Source of the DNA: Candidatus Woesearchaeota archaeon
GTDB taxonomy: Archaea > Nanobdellota > Nanobdellia > Pacearchaeales > GW2011-AR1
Direction of reading: 5' to 3'
Assembly: GCA_964408235.1 (NCBI GenBank)
Contig: CAYOYN010000002.1
Location: 44,459-108,458 of the forward strand
DNA length: 64,000 nucleotides
Part shown: piece by piece, positions 17,342 through 27,125 of the stretch
Layout: every line of letters begins with the position of its first letter
Position numbering within the stretch: the stretch's first letter is position 1
Made by a program: the position numbers and the translations under genes
The notes under the pieces: model-generated
Told to the model about the DNA's origin: nothing
Seen by the model: the letters and a program-made list of their open reading frames with translations, nothing else
Databases searched by the model: none

Positions 17342-18580
17342 ATGTTTAATTTTGTTGAAATTGTATTTTACATATATCTTTTTGTTGGTTTGTATATGAC
17401 TAGCCTTCTTATTTTTATATGGTTTCCAAATAGGAAGAGGCTTTTTCATCACCCTATCGGAAAACCTGTCCCTGTTAGTATAGTTATGCCTTGTTATAAC
17501 GAGTCTGCAACTGTAGCTAGCGCATTAGATTCATTACTAAAAATGGAATATCCTCAAGATATGATTGAAATAATTGTAGTTGATGATATGTCAAAAGATA
17601 ATTCTGTAGATATAATTAAGGAATATGTAAAAAAGTACCCGGGTAAAATAAAATTAATTGTCAATTCAAGAAATTCTGGTGGTGCCGCTGAACCTACAAA
17701 TATAGGGGTCAGGGCATCAAGGCACGATTTTATTGCGGTGACTGATGCAGATTCAACCCCTCAACCTGATGCATTAATAAAAATGATAGGTTTTTTACAA
17801 GAAAATGAAAAAGTTGCAGCGGTAACTTGCGCAGTTATGGCCCATGGTGCAAGTACATTCATGCAAAAATTACAGATGATTGAATATTCAATTATCTCTT
17901 GGTCAAGAAAACTCCTTGATTGCGTAGATGCAGTTTATGTTACCCCTGGTCCATTTGCTTTATATCGGAAAAAAAATCTTTTAGAAGTTGGACTTTTTGA
18001 TACAAAAAACTTGACTCAGGATATAGAAATTGTTTGGAGATTAAGATCGCATGGGTACTTAGCTAGAATGTGTCTTTCTGCGAGAGTTTATTCAGTAACT
18101 CCTAATAAATTTTCAAAATGGTGGAAGCAAAGAATTAGATGGAATATTGGAGGGACTCAATGTCTCTTTAAATACAAATCTTATATTTTTAAGAATGGAA
18201 TGCTTGGAGGATTTATAATTCCTTTTTTTAGCTTTTCCCTATTTCTTGGCCTTTTTGGACTCGGGTTATTTATTTATCTTTTTTTCAAAAGAATTGTCAT
18301 AAATTTTTTAGCTACAAAATATTCTATTTATGGAGGCACTACTCTTTTTAGGCTTCAAGATTTAAGTTTGCATCCTACTGTCCTTAATTTTTTCGGGATA
18401 GTTTTATTTATTTGGTCTTTCATTTTTGTATTGATTGGTTTGAGTTTAATGGATATGAGGGGTAAAAAAGAAACTAATTGGTTTAACATATTTTTTTACC
18501 AGTTAATCTACCTTGCAATCTACCCATTTATCATGATAACTGCTTTGTACAAATATTTAAGAGGAAAATACTCATGGTAA
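17342..18580 (+). CDS. Family-2 glycosyltransferase, processive type (QxxRW), membrane-integrated
   Basis: IVMPCYNE, VVDDMSKD, DADS (DxD) and QRIRW motifs, flanked by N- and C-terminal TM segments. Confidence 0.8.
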   Translation: MFNFVEIVFYIYLFVGLYMTSLLIFIWFPNRKRLFHHPIGKPVPVSIVMPCYNESATVASALDSLLKMEYPQDMIEIIVVDDMSKDNSVDIIKEYVKKYPGKIKLIVNSRNSGGAAEPTNIGVRASRHDFIAVTDADSTPQPDALIKMIGFLQENEKVAAVTCAVMAHGASTFMQKLQMIEYSIISWSRKLLDCVDAVYVTPGPFALYRKKNLLEVGLFDTKNLTQDIEIVWRLRSHGYLARMCLSARVYSVTPNKFSKWWKQRIRWNIGGTQCLFKYKSYIFKNGMLGGFIIPFFSFSLFLGLFGLGLFIYLFFKRIVINFLATKYSIYGGTTLFRLQDLSLHPTVLNFFGIVLFIWSFIFVLIGLSLMDMRGKKETNWFNIFFYQLIYLAIYPFIMITALYKYLRGKYSW

Positions 18581-18598
18581 TAATTGAGGTAAATAAAA

Positions 18599-19267
18599 AT
18601 GACTAAACATGCTTTTTGGCAGGCTCTTGTTTTTACGGTAATTGTGTTTTCTTTAGGGATGCTTTTGGGTTTTTTTCTGGAATTTGGTCAATCGCAATCA
18701 GTTTATTCTAACCTTGTTAGTTCTGAATTAAATATTCTTGATGAACAAATTCGTCAGAGAGTTATTTCAGATAATAATGTTTCATGCGAACTTGGTAAGG
18801 AAAGTCTTTTTTCTTTTGCAGATAAAATATATGATGATGCCATAGAATTAGAGGAAATTGATGGTACTGGCAGGTTAGGGGATCTTACGACATTGCATAA
18901 ACGGTATGATTTGCTTAGGACTTTGCTTCTTTTAGAAGCGGAGAAATTGAAACAAAGATGTGGGGAGGATTTCCATATTTTAACTTACTTTTATTATTAT
19001 AATTCAGATGATATTCAAACTTCTTCCGAACAAAATTATCTTTCAAGGCTATTATTTGATTTTAAAAATGATAATCCTGAATCTGTTATTCTTATTCCTA
19101 TTGCCATAGATACTGGCGTTGCATCTGTAGATTTATTAGTTGAATCTTTGAATTCTGACCAATATCCTGCAATTATAGTTAACAAAAATTTGGTTATTAC
19201 AGATATGGTTAGTTTAGAAGAATTATCTGAATTGGTGTTAAATGAAAGTGGCATTTATTCACCATAA
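18599..19267 (+). CDS. Hypothetical membrane-anchored protein
   Basis: One N-terminal TM helix; no recognised domain. Confidence 0.4.
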   Translation: MTKHAFWQALVFTVIVFSLGMLLGFFLEFGQSQSVYSNLVSSELNILDEQIRQRVISDNNVSCELGKESLFSFADKIYDDAIELEEIDGTGRLGDLTTLHKRYDLLRTLLLLEAEKLKQRCGEDFHILTYFYYYNSDDIQTSSEQNYLSRLLFDFKNDNPESVILIPIAIDTGVASVDLLVESLNSDQYPAIIVNKNLVITDMVSLEELSELVLNESGIYSP

Positions 19268-19298
19268 ATGATTTAAAGAGGTTTTTTGTATCATTTTT

Positions 19299-19895
19299 AT
19301 GGATTATATTGGTTTAAAGCACGATGATGGAAATTATGTCGAAGCAATAAAAGATGGAGAGATTGTAAGGGTTGAAGAAAAAATTGCTCTTCTCGAGGAT
19401 TTATTTATCTTAAGAAAGATTGGAGGCTCTCAAAATTCAAGTTCTGTTTCTCCGCCTTTGCAAAGTTCAGCAATTAAATCAAAAGAGCCTATTATTAAGA
19501 ATAGTTCTATTATGTCTGATTGGAAACACGGAAAATTTGGAGGTAAAAAAAACAATGCAGCCCAGGATTTAATCTCTAACTTCAATTGGGAGATCTCTAA
19601 AAATAGGAAGGCTAAAAATATGACTCGGTTGAAGTTGGCTCAAATGATAAATGCTACCGAGGATCAAGTAAAAATGTTAGAACTTGGAGAATTGCCTGCA
19701 GATGATTTTGTTTTGATTTCAAGAATAGAACAAGTATTTGGAATAAATCTTAGAAAAAACCCTGGTTCTATTGCACACGTTAGTCTTGCAGATTTACAAA
19801 AGAGAAATGAGGAAAAAAAGCAGGAAAGGTTTCAAACCAATGTCTTTAAAGATTCAACTAATTTAGCTGGAAACGATATAGAAATTTTAGATTAA
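19299..19895 (+). CDS. HTH (XRE/MBF1-like) domain protein
   Basis: Central HTH (RLKLAQMINATEDQVKMLELGE) resembles archaeal MBF1, but the N-terminal zinc ribbon is absent. Confidence 0.45.
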   Translation: MDYIGLKHDDGNYVEAIKDGEIVRVEEKIALLEDLFILRKIGGSQNSSSVSPPLQSSAIKSKEPIIKNSSIMSDWKHGKFGGKKNNAAQDLISNFNWEISKNRKAKNMTRLKLAQMINATEDQVKMLELGELPADDFVLISRIEQVFGINLRKNPGSIAHVSLADLQKRNEEKKQERFQTNVFKDSTNLAGNDIEILD

Positions 19896-19955
19896 AGATT
19901 CAAATTTAATTTCTTGGCTAAAGGATATCGAAGGCTTTAAAAACCGTTATTTCTG

Positions 19956-20219
19956 ATGATTAATATGAATATTGAAATAATCTCTGAAGAAAACGACCTT
20001 ATCGAGCTTAGGGTAGATAACTTGACCGTTGCAGAGATTTTGAGGGTATATCTTAATGATCAAGGCATTAAGTTTGCAGCTTGGAGAAGAGATCATTTAA
20101 CAAAGCCAGTTATATTTAGGATCGAATCTTCTGGGAAAAACGTTAAAAAAGCTATAAGTGAAGCTATAAGTGCCGTGAACAAGGATTTAAGCGTTCTTTC
20201 AAAGATTTCTTCTAAGTAA
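19956..20219 (+). CDS. rpoL: DNA-directed RNA polymerase subunit L (Rpb11 homolog)
   Basis: 87 aa. LELRVDNLTVAEILRVYLNDQGIKFAAWRRDHLTKPVIFRIESSG matches the RpoL/Rpb11 dimerisation fold. Confidence 0.75.
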   Translation: MINMNIEIISEENDLIELRVDNLTVAEILRVYLNDQGIKFAAWRRDHLTKPVIFRIESSGKNVKKAISEAISAVNKDLSVLSKISSK

Positions 20220-20282
20220 TTAATTCGTAGACAGATTTATTAATGATTTTTAACTACTTTTATTGGATGAAAGGAGGTTGAT

Positions 20283-20483
20283 ATGAATTGTAAATGCAAT
20301 TGGGTTGAATCTATTCTTGCGATAATCATAATAGTATTTGCTTATATGGGGAGTCCTTCTTCTCGATGGGTGATTATTATTGCAGCGGTTATCTTGTTAT
20401 TACATGCTTTGATGTGCAAGAACTCTAAAATGTGTGAAGAACCTATGATGGTTGAATCTAAGCACAAGAAGAGGCGCAGATAA
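20283..20483 (+). CDS. Hypothetical small Cys-containing membrane protein
   Basis: AAGGAGGT Shine-Dalgarno; one TM helix; 5 Cys. Confidence 0.3.
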   Translation: MNCKCNWVESILAIIIIVFAYMGSPSSRWVIIIAAVILLLHALMCKNSKMCEEPMMVESKHKKRRR

Positions 20484-20550
20484 TTTTGCCTTTTTTATTT
20501 TAGTTATTTTTTGTAATTATTCTTTTATACTATTCTTTTCTTTTACTTTT

Positions 20551-21273
20551 ATGGTGAAAGTTTCGGCCGGAAATTATGACTTAAATGCTTGGTTAAAAGG
20601 TGGATATGATTCTGGGATCGTAACTACATTGTATGGAGGTCCTGGTTCTGGAAAAACTAATTTTTGTATGATTGCCGCAGTTTCTCAAGCAAAAAAAGGA
20701 AATAAGGTGATTTTTATAGATACTGAAGGCGGATTTTCTTCGGAAAGGGTTAAACAACTTTTTTCTTCTAAATCTGCTAATGGAAATGAAAAGAACCTAA
20801 GCATAAATGAAGTTTTAGAAAATATTCTTGTCTTAAAACCTACAAATTTTAAAGAACAGCAGCAGTCTTTCGATCAATTGCTTAAGCATTTGAAGGAGCA
20901 GGTTTCTTTAATCATAGTTGATGGAATGACTATGCTTTATAGGTTAGATTTTGCAGATGCTCGATCTAGTGAAAAAGATATAGAAAATATACAAATTGTA
21001 AATGCTACCTTGACTAAACAAATGAGGCTTCTTGTAGAAATTGCTAGGAAGAATGATATTCCTGTTTTAGTTACAAATCAAATATACAATTGGGATAACG
21101 AGATTAGAATGGTTGCTGGGGATATAATAAGGTACTGGAGTAAATGTTTAATTGAGCTTACAAATGAATCCGGTAAAAGAACTGCATTTTTAGTTAAACA
21201 TAGGTCCATAGGAGAAAAATCATTAGCTTTTCAGATTTATGATGGGGGTATAAGAAAGAGGGGTTGGCTGTAA
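20551..21273 (+). CDS. radB: RadB (RadA/RecA paralog)
   Basis: Walker A motif GGPGSGKT and Walker B motif IIVDG, with RecA-fold spacing. Start placed at the internal MVKVSAG; the ORF track begins at 20452 in a hydrophobic leader. Confidence 0.75.
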   Translation: MVKVSAGNYDLNAWLKGGYDSGIVTTLYGGPGSGKTNFCMIAAVSQAKKGNKVIFIDTEGGFSSERVKQLFSSKSANGNEKNLSINEVLENILVLKPTNFKEQQQSFDQLLKHLKEQVSLIIVDGMTMLYRLDFADARSSEKDIENIQIVNATLTKQMRLLVEIARKNDIPVLVTNQIYNWDNEIRMVAGDIIRYWSKCLIELTNESGKRTAFLVKHRSIGEKSLAFQIYDGGIRKRGWL

Positions 21274-21318
21274 ACTTTGAAATCGGTTTATTTATAAAGA
21301 TGATTTCTAAAGAATTTT

Positions 21319-22563
21319 ATGAAAAATTACTTGTTATTTGCTGTTTTACTGGTTTTATTTGGCACATGCCTTGGTTTTTCAGCAGCATACCCAGATCAAG
21401 ATTATTTTGGGTTTCTTGATTATACTCCTAGTTTTAATGTTACTTACCTCTTTAATATAGACTCTGGCTATAACACTATTAGTTTTATAGGTATAAATGA
21501 TAGCAATTTAGATCATTATGCTTTGTTTCCTCTTGACTATTCAAATTCATTTACTCAGAGAATAAATTATGTTTGGTATTATGGGATATTTAATGAAACC
21601 CATTTGATGGTTAATTCTTATGTTCCTGCGGAAATCTTTTATGTAGGTAATTTTACTAAACTTTCCGATGGGGTTTATTCTTCTTACTTTTCACTAAATA
21701 ATTCTTTTTTTGATTTTGGAAATTCTTCTTTTAATGTTACATTAGATCTTAATTCAAATCTAAGTTTTATTCAGTCTAATGACAATTTACTAAATAGCTC
21801 TAATTCTTCATTGCTTTATGCTCCGGATTTTAGGATGGCTGCACATTTACAAAATCAAGGCCTCATTGAGACTAGATTAGTTCAAAATCAAACTATCGAA
21901 TCTTTAGAAGTTCATTTATGGGTAAAGGAAGATTTATCTAGAAATGGTTTAGGATATCAATGGATAAATCAAATTTATCCAGTAAATAACTTTAGTTTTG
22001 AATTAATCTCTCCTTCAAATAATCAAACATTACTTACTGAAAATAACTTTCTTGATGTTAAATTTGACTTTTTGACAAATAGTACATATCCTTTTGTTAT
22101 TAACAATTGTTCAGTAAATGTCAATTCAAATAATTTTAGCATATTTTTGAATTCTAGCTTAAATGGAAGCTATAACTCTGCAATTTATAATTTATCTTTG
22201 GGAAGTTATGAGTGGTTTGTTTCATGTGCTTTTGAAAGTTTAAACTGGGTTAGTAATAAAAGTTTTTTTACCATTCAACAAAAAGTCTCAGAGCCTGAGG
22301 TAATAAGATTAAACTCTGATTCGGAAGAAGGTGGCAGAAGAAGAAATATTTTACCTCTTGAAAACTTGAGCTTTAATCCTTTAACTCTTGAAGAAAAAGA
22401 TTCTAATAATACGATAATCTCTTTGATTACCGGAGCAGTTACTGGAGTTTTAGGAAATAAGAGTCTTCTTGGGTTAGTGGTTTTACTGTTATTGGTAGTG
22501 TTAATTGCTTTTTTAATTTATAATCGTCAGAGGTTTGGGATTGTTAAGGCATCTAAACCATAA
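21319..22563 (+). CDS. Secreted surface protein, N-glycosylation-sequon rich, C-terminal TM anchor
   Basis: Signal peptide, many N-x-S/T sequons, and a C-terminal hydrophobic helix followed by RQRFG. Confidence 0.5.
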   Translation: MKNYLLFAVLLVLFGTCLGFSAAYPDQDYFGFLDYTPSFNVTYLFNIDSGYNTISFIGINDSNLDHYALFPLDYSNSFTQRINYVWYYGIFNETHLMVNSYVPAEIFYVGNFTKLSDGVYSSYFSLNNSFFDFGNSSFNVTLDLNSNLSFIQSNDNLLNSSNSSLLYAPDFRMAAHLQNQGLIETRLVQNQTIESLEVHLWVKEDLSRNGLGYQWINQIYPVNNFSFELISPSNNQTLLTENNFLDVKFDFLTNSTYPFVINNCSVNVNSNNFSIFLNSSLNGSYNSAIYNLSLGSYEWFVSCAFESLNWVSNKSFFTIQQKVSEPEVIRLNSDSEEGGRRRNILPLENLSFNPLTLEEKDSNNTIISLITGAVTGVLGNKSLLGLVVLLLLVVLIAFLIYNRQRFGIVKASKP

Positions 22564-22595
22564 GATTTAAGATGAAATCTTTCTCTTTAGTTTAG

Positions 22596-24296
22596 ATGTT
22601 ATACTCAGATTTTGTTCAATTATATGAGAAATTATCTTCAACTACTAAAAAGCTTGAAAAAATAGAGATTTTAGCTTCTTTCTTGCCCAAATTAAAAGGT
22701 GAAGAAGATCTTATTTATTTGCTCAGAGGAAAGGTATTTCCAGACTATGATGTAAGAGAGCTTGGTATTTCTACACAATTAGTAATTAAGTCTATAAGTA
22801 TCGCTTCAGGCTTTTCAATTTCAGAGGTTAATTCTAAGTTTAAATTAATAGGGGATTTAGGAGACGTATCCGTTGAACTTTTGAAAATAAAAAAACAAAA
22901 CTCTCTTTTTTCTAAAAAACTAACAGCTCAACATGTTATGGACAGTTTGAGAAAGATTTCTTCTATATCAGGTACTGGTACAATAGATAAAAAGATTGCC
23001 ATAATTTCTGAGTTACTAATAGAATCTACTTTTAGGGAAGCTTGCTATATCATAAGAACTTTACTTGGAGATCTACGTATTGGTGTAGCCGATGCCGTTT
23101 TATTGGGGGCGATAAATAATGCTTTTTTTCAAGATAAAAATATGCTTGATAAAATAGAAAAAACTTACGATTTAATTAACGATTTTGCACAATTATTGAA
23201 ATTATCTCTTTCTGGAAAAGAATCATTTGAACATATTTCTTTAATTCCTGGGAGACCTATTAATGTTATGCTTGCTACTAAAGTTTCTAGTATTCAAGAG
23301 GCTTTTGAAATTTGCGGAAAACCTGCAGCATTCGAGCATAAATATGATGGTTTTAGGGTAATAATAAGTTGTGATGGTAAAAAAATAAAATTGTTTACTA
23401 GAAGACTTGAAGAGGTAACAAATCAATTTCCAGATATAGTTGAAATTGTTTCAAAACACGTTAAAGCTAAAAGTTTTATTCTAGATGCAGAAGCTGTTGG
23501 CTTTGATTCAAAGACTGGTAAATATCTTCCATTTGAATCTATAAGTCAGAGGATAAAACGCAAATACGATATTGGAGAACTTGCTTCTAAAATGCCTGTA
23601 GAAGTTAAGATTTTTGATGTTCTTTATTTGAATGGTGAAAATAAGCTTGAAAGTACATTTATTGAGCGTAGAAAGTTAATAGAAGAGGTCATAGAAAATG
23701 TCCCGTGGAAAATTTCGATTTCTACCCAGATAATTACAGATTCTGAAAAAGAAGTTCAAAAATTTTACAAGGATGCTTTGAAAATTGGTGAAGAGGGGAT
23801 AATGATAAAGAATCTTAATTCTTCTTATGTTTCTGGACGTTATGTTGGAAATCTTGCAAAATTGAAACCTGATGTTTCTGATTTAGATTTAGTAATTGTT
23901 GGTGCAGAATATGGTACTGGAAAAAGGGCTGGTGGCCTTACTAGTTTTATTGTTGCATGTAAAAGTGGGGATAAATTTTTGGAAGTTGGAAAAGTTTCTT
24001 CAGGTTTGAAAGAAAAAGAAGGAGAAGGCACTACTTATAATGAAATAAACGCCCTCTTACAACCCTTAATTATTGATGAAGATGATTCTTCTGTAAATGT
24101 AAAACCTAAAATTGTTGTTTCAGTCACTTACCAAAACATTCAACCAAGTCCTACTTATTCATCTGGATTTGCATTACGCTTTCCAAGGATTACCCATTAT
24201 AGGCCTGAAAGAGGAATACATGACATCGCTACATTAGAGGATATTAAGAAGGAATTTAGTAAAACTTTTAGAAGGTTAAATAAAAAGGGCATCTAA
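22596..24296 (+). CDS. lig: ATP-dependent DNA ligase
   Basis: Adenylation motif I (FEHKYDGFR), motifs III-V, and an OB domain. Confidence 0.9.
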   Translation: MLYSDFVQLYEKLSSTTKKLEKIEILASFLPKLKGEEDLIYLLRGKVFPDYDVRELGISTQLVIKSISIASGFSISEVNSKFKLIGDLGDVSVELLKIKKQNSLFSKKLTAQHVMDSLRKISSISGTGTIDKKIAIISELLIESTFREACYIIRTLLGDLRIGVADAVLLGAINNAFFQDKNMLDKIEKTYDLINDFAQLLKLSLSGKESFEHISLIPGRPINVMLATKVSSIQEAFEICGKPAAFEHKYDGFRVIISCDGKKIKLFTRRLEEVTNQFPDIVEIVSKHVKAKSFILDAEAVGFDSKTGKYLPFESISQRIKRKYDIGELASKMPVEVKIFDVLYLNGENKLESTFIERRKLIEEVIENVPWKISISTQIITDSEKEVQKFYKDALKIGEEGIMIKNLNSSYVSGRYVGNLAKLKPDVSDLDLVIVGAEYGTGKRAGGLTSFIVACKSGDKFLEVGKVSSGLKEKEGEGTTYNEINALLQPLIIDEDDSSVNVKPKIVVSVTYQNIQPSPTYSSGFALRFPRITHYRPERGIHDIATLEDIKKEFSKTFRRLNKKGI

Positions 24297-24349
24297 CTAT
24301 TTTTCTAAAAACTAAGGTTTATAAAGCCCCCTATTTAAATACCAATAAG

Positions 24350-24919
24350 ATGTCTGACGTAAAATCAAATCTGACAGTTCAGAATATTGTTGCGACAGCT
24401 TCTCTTGGAAAGGAAGTTTCTTTAACAAAACTTGCTAAGATGCAAAGTAATACTGAATATAATCCTGAACAATTTCCAGGTCTTGTTTTAAGAGTTAAGA
24501 AGCCTAAATCTGCAGTTCTTGTTTTTTCAAGTGGGAATCTTGTTTGCACAGGAACAAAAAGTATCGCTCAAGTTAAGGAAGTAGTGGACCAAGTAATAAA
24601 ACAACTTGCTAAAATAGGGGTCAGAATAACTACTAAACCAAAAATAACTGTTCAAAATATTGTGGCTTCGGGGAGTATTGATGTTGATTTGAATTTAAAC
24701 ATTTTAGCTTTGGAATTGGAAAATACGGAATATGAACCTGAACAATTTCCAGGTCTTGTCTATAAATTAGGAACTCCTAATGCTACTTTCTTGTTGTTCT
24801 CTAATGGTAAGCTTGTTTGCACAGGAACTAAAAATAAAAATGAACTTGATGATTCAATGGTTCAGTTGAATAAGAATGTTAAGGATGTTCTTAAGAGACT
24901 AAAGAAAGAGAATGAATGA
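24350..24919 (+). CDS. tbp: TATA-box binding protein
   Basis: Two direct repeats: NIVATASLG...PEQFPGLVLRV...LVCTGTKS and NIVASGSID...PEQFPGLVYKL...LVCTGTKN. Confidence 0.9.
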   Translation: MSDVKSNLTVQNIVATASLGKEVSLTKLAKMQSNTEYNPEQFPGLVLRVKKPKSAVLVFSSGNLVCTGTKSIAQVKEVVDQVIKQLAKIGVRITTKPKITVQNIVASGSIDVDLNLNILALELENTEYEPEQFPGLVYKLGTPNATFLLFSNGKLVCTGTKNKNELDDSMVQLNKNVKDVLKRLKKENE

Positions 24920-25368
24920 TGATTAATAATATATTTTTACAGGCTTTAACTTTGGATAGCACTGACGCTCCTCCTTTAGTTTTTCTTCTTGCTTTAATCG
25001 CTGCTTTAGGCGTTTTTATATTTCTATTTATTATTTTAGCATCTTACTTGTATTTGTCTTTTGCCTATTCTGCTGTTGGCAGAAGGGCTAAGGTTAAGTC
25101 TCCAGGTCTTGCTTGGATTCCAGGTATAGGTCCATTAATAATTGCTTATAAGGCTTCTAAAATGCCTTGGTGGCCATGGCTTTTGATTATAGCTATGTTC
25201 ATACCAGTTGTTGGATTTATCGCAAATATTATCTTTTTGGTATTTACGGTTATTTGGCATTGGAAAATGTTTGAATCTGTAAAAAGGCCTGGATGGTTTA
25301 GTATTTTGATGTTAATCCCAATAGTTAATTTTGTAATTATAGGTATTGTTGCTTGGGGCAAAAGATAA
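24916..25368 (+). CDS. Hypothetical polytopic membrane protein
   Basis: About 4 TM helices. Overlaps the tbp stop by 4 nt. Confidence 0.4.
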   Translation: MMINNIFLQALTLDSTDAPPLVFLLALIAALGVFIFLFIILASYLYLSFAYSAVGRRAKVKSPGLAWIPGIGPLIIAYKASKMPWWPWLLIIAMFIPVVGFIANIIFLVFTVIWHWKMFESVKRPGWFSILMLIPIVNFVIIGIVAWGKR

Positions 25369-25370
25369 TT

Positions 25371-26540
25371 TTACTTAAAAAATTGGTTTAATTTGCTCTG
25401 AGACTTTTTTATCTTTAATATTACTGATTTCTCTATATAATTTGATACTGGCTGTTTTAGTCTTGTTTGGATATTTTGCAATGCTTCATCTAAGGTGTTA
25501 AATAATTTTGGTTTACTTTTGAATGCTTCTCTGCTTGTTTCTCTAAGGATCCCTACCCCACAAGGAGCATAATATTGAGGTTTTATTTCTCTGAAAACTA
25601 GGCATGTGCCTTGGCGTTTTATTGATTCTAAATATTCTGTTAATGCTAACCTATTTGCATAATATGCTCCAGTTACCGAGTCAGCATATTTTTTTCTTGA
25701 AAATATTGTTTCATAATCCTGCCAAACTCCTTGCGAAAATGGATTTTTTAGGCTAATTTCTATTACTTCAAATGCAAATGAATCTGGGATTAACAGAAAT
25801 TCATAATGGTTTCCCAGATATTCTGAATGGAATAATTGATATTCGCTAATTTCTTGATATTGTTTTATTTTTTCTAGTTTATTTTTTGATATAGTATCAT
25901 CGACTGCGGTAATGCTCCATCTTGTAGGCACGAGTTTTCTATTCTTTTTTAACCCTAAAATTCCAGCTGAAAGTATTTTTATTATAGTAGAAGTTTGAAT
26001 GTTTGCTTTGTGTAATTCTTGTATTGCTATTGAAGATTTTGTCTCTTTATCATTTACTAAATAATCTACCTTGGGTTTAACAGGGGCGTTTTCTTGTAAC
26101 TCTGCTTTTTCTATTTCTGCGGATTTTGGAATAAGCGGACTCCTATCATCTTGTTCTTTGTTTGCAGTTACTGGTTTTTTAAGATGGAATTCTGTCGCAA
26201 TTGATTTATGAGTCATAGCAACTTCTTTCATTACAGATAAAAATTTTGTTTCTAATTTTTTTATGTTGCTTTGAGTCCTGCCGTAAATTAATTGATTTCT
26301 GTAACCCATTATATCTGAAATAGCTAATTTGTTTTTGTGCCATTCTTCGGGAGAAGACATTATGCTCGTATCTCCTGTTTCTTGAGGTGCTAGGATGCCT
26401 GTATAGACATTAGGATAATTCCACTTTCCTACAAATATTTCTGGAGGGGTTGAGCCCGAAAAATTTTGTAATTTTACAGTTTTTCCTAGAAAGAAATTAT
26501 GTTTGTCGCACTCTTCTTCAAAACATGTTTTGCAAATCAC
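25371..26540 (-). CDS. NreA-like putative DNA-repair protein with a C-terminal PCNA-interacting (PIP) box
   Basis: N-terminal CKTC...C cluster and VPTRWSITAVDD block. The protein ends ...QSKLNQFFK, which fits Qxx(L)xx(F)(F). The NreA assignment rests on memory of that family's architecture. Confidence 0.4.
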   Translation of the reverse strand: MICKTCFEEECDKHNFFLGKTVKLQNFSGSTPPEIFVGKWNYPNVYTGILAPQETGDTSIMSSPEEWHKNKLAISDIMGYRNQLIYGRTQSNIKKLETKFLSVMKEVAMTHKSIATEFHLKKPVTANKEQDDRSPLIPKSAEIEKAELQENAPVKPKVDYLVNDKETKSSIAIQELHKANIQTSTIIKILSAGILGLKKNRKLVPTRWSITAVDDTISKNKLEKIKQYQEISEYQLFHSEYLGNHYEFLLIPDSFAFEVIEISLKNPFSQGVWQDYETIFSRKKYADSVTGAYYANRLALTEYLESIKRQGTCLVFREIKPQYYAPCGVGILRETSREAFKSKPKLFNTLDEALQNIQTRLKQPVSNYIEKSVILKIKKSQSKLNQFFK

Positions 26541-26574
26541 TTCTTATTTTATTTTTAAGTCTTTATAGAAATTA

Positions 26575-26835
26575 TTATTCTTCAGCCTCTAACCTTATCC
26601 TGCTTTTATGTAATCTATATTCTATTAGCCCTATTATCCCTAAAATAAAGCCTCCTATAATTGTAGCCATCCCTACTTTTAACATCGAATTATTTTGATT
26701 AGAAAACTGTATTAATGCAAAACCTAAAATCAAGGCTGAAAAAGTTGTTCTTATATATGACAAAAGGGTTCTTTCATTAGCCAATAGGGCACTTTCTTCT
26801 TCTAATTTTAATTTTTTATTCCCCTTATTTTTCAT
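26575..26835 (-). CDS. DUF202 (YidH-like) membrane protein
   Basis: LANERTLLSYIRTTFSALILG motif; 2 TM helices. Confidence 0.6.
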   Translation of the reverse strand: MKNKGNKKLKLEEESALLANERTLLSYIRTTFSALILGFALIQFSNQNNSMLKVGMATIIGGFILGIIGLIEYRLHKSRIRLEAEE

Positions 26836-26874
26836 AAATACAAAAGAAGAGTTTTGTTCTTAAATATTGCTCTT

Positions 26875-27072
26875 TTAATTTTTCAAGTCGGAAATACCTA
26901 GAAGTATGAAAAGAACACCAATCATTGTTACGAGCCAGAATAATCCTCCTTTAAAGAATTCTCCTGCAGCGTTCCAAAAATTCCATGCTCCCCAGTTCTG
27001 AGAATAGTATGCAATAAGTATTGCACCTACCACTAGGATAAGACCCACAAGAAGTTCGGACCATTTATTCAT
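26875..27072 (-). CDS. Hypothetical small membrane protein
   Basis: 65 aa, 2 TM helices. Confidence 0.3.
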   Translation of the reverse strand: MNKWSELLVGLILVVGAILIAYYSQNWGAWNFWNAAGEFFKGGLFWLVTMIGVLFILLGISDLKN

Positions 27073-27125
27073 ATTATCATTTAATAATTTGGGTATTTAA
27101 AGATTCTTGTAATTAAAAAGTTCTT

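Noticed and set aside
10172-26698. Further embedded or antisense ORFs (10172-10372, 11800-11985, 12074-12520 group, 13139-13360, 13584-13772, 17270-17452, 19036-19254, 23241-23426, 23840-24031, 25146-25361, 26450-26698).
   Set aside because: Same reasoning. They overlap confidently assigned genes (alaS, lig, NreA-like and others) and have low-complexity translations.
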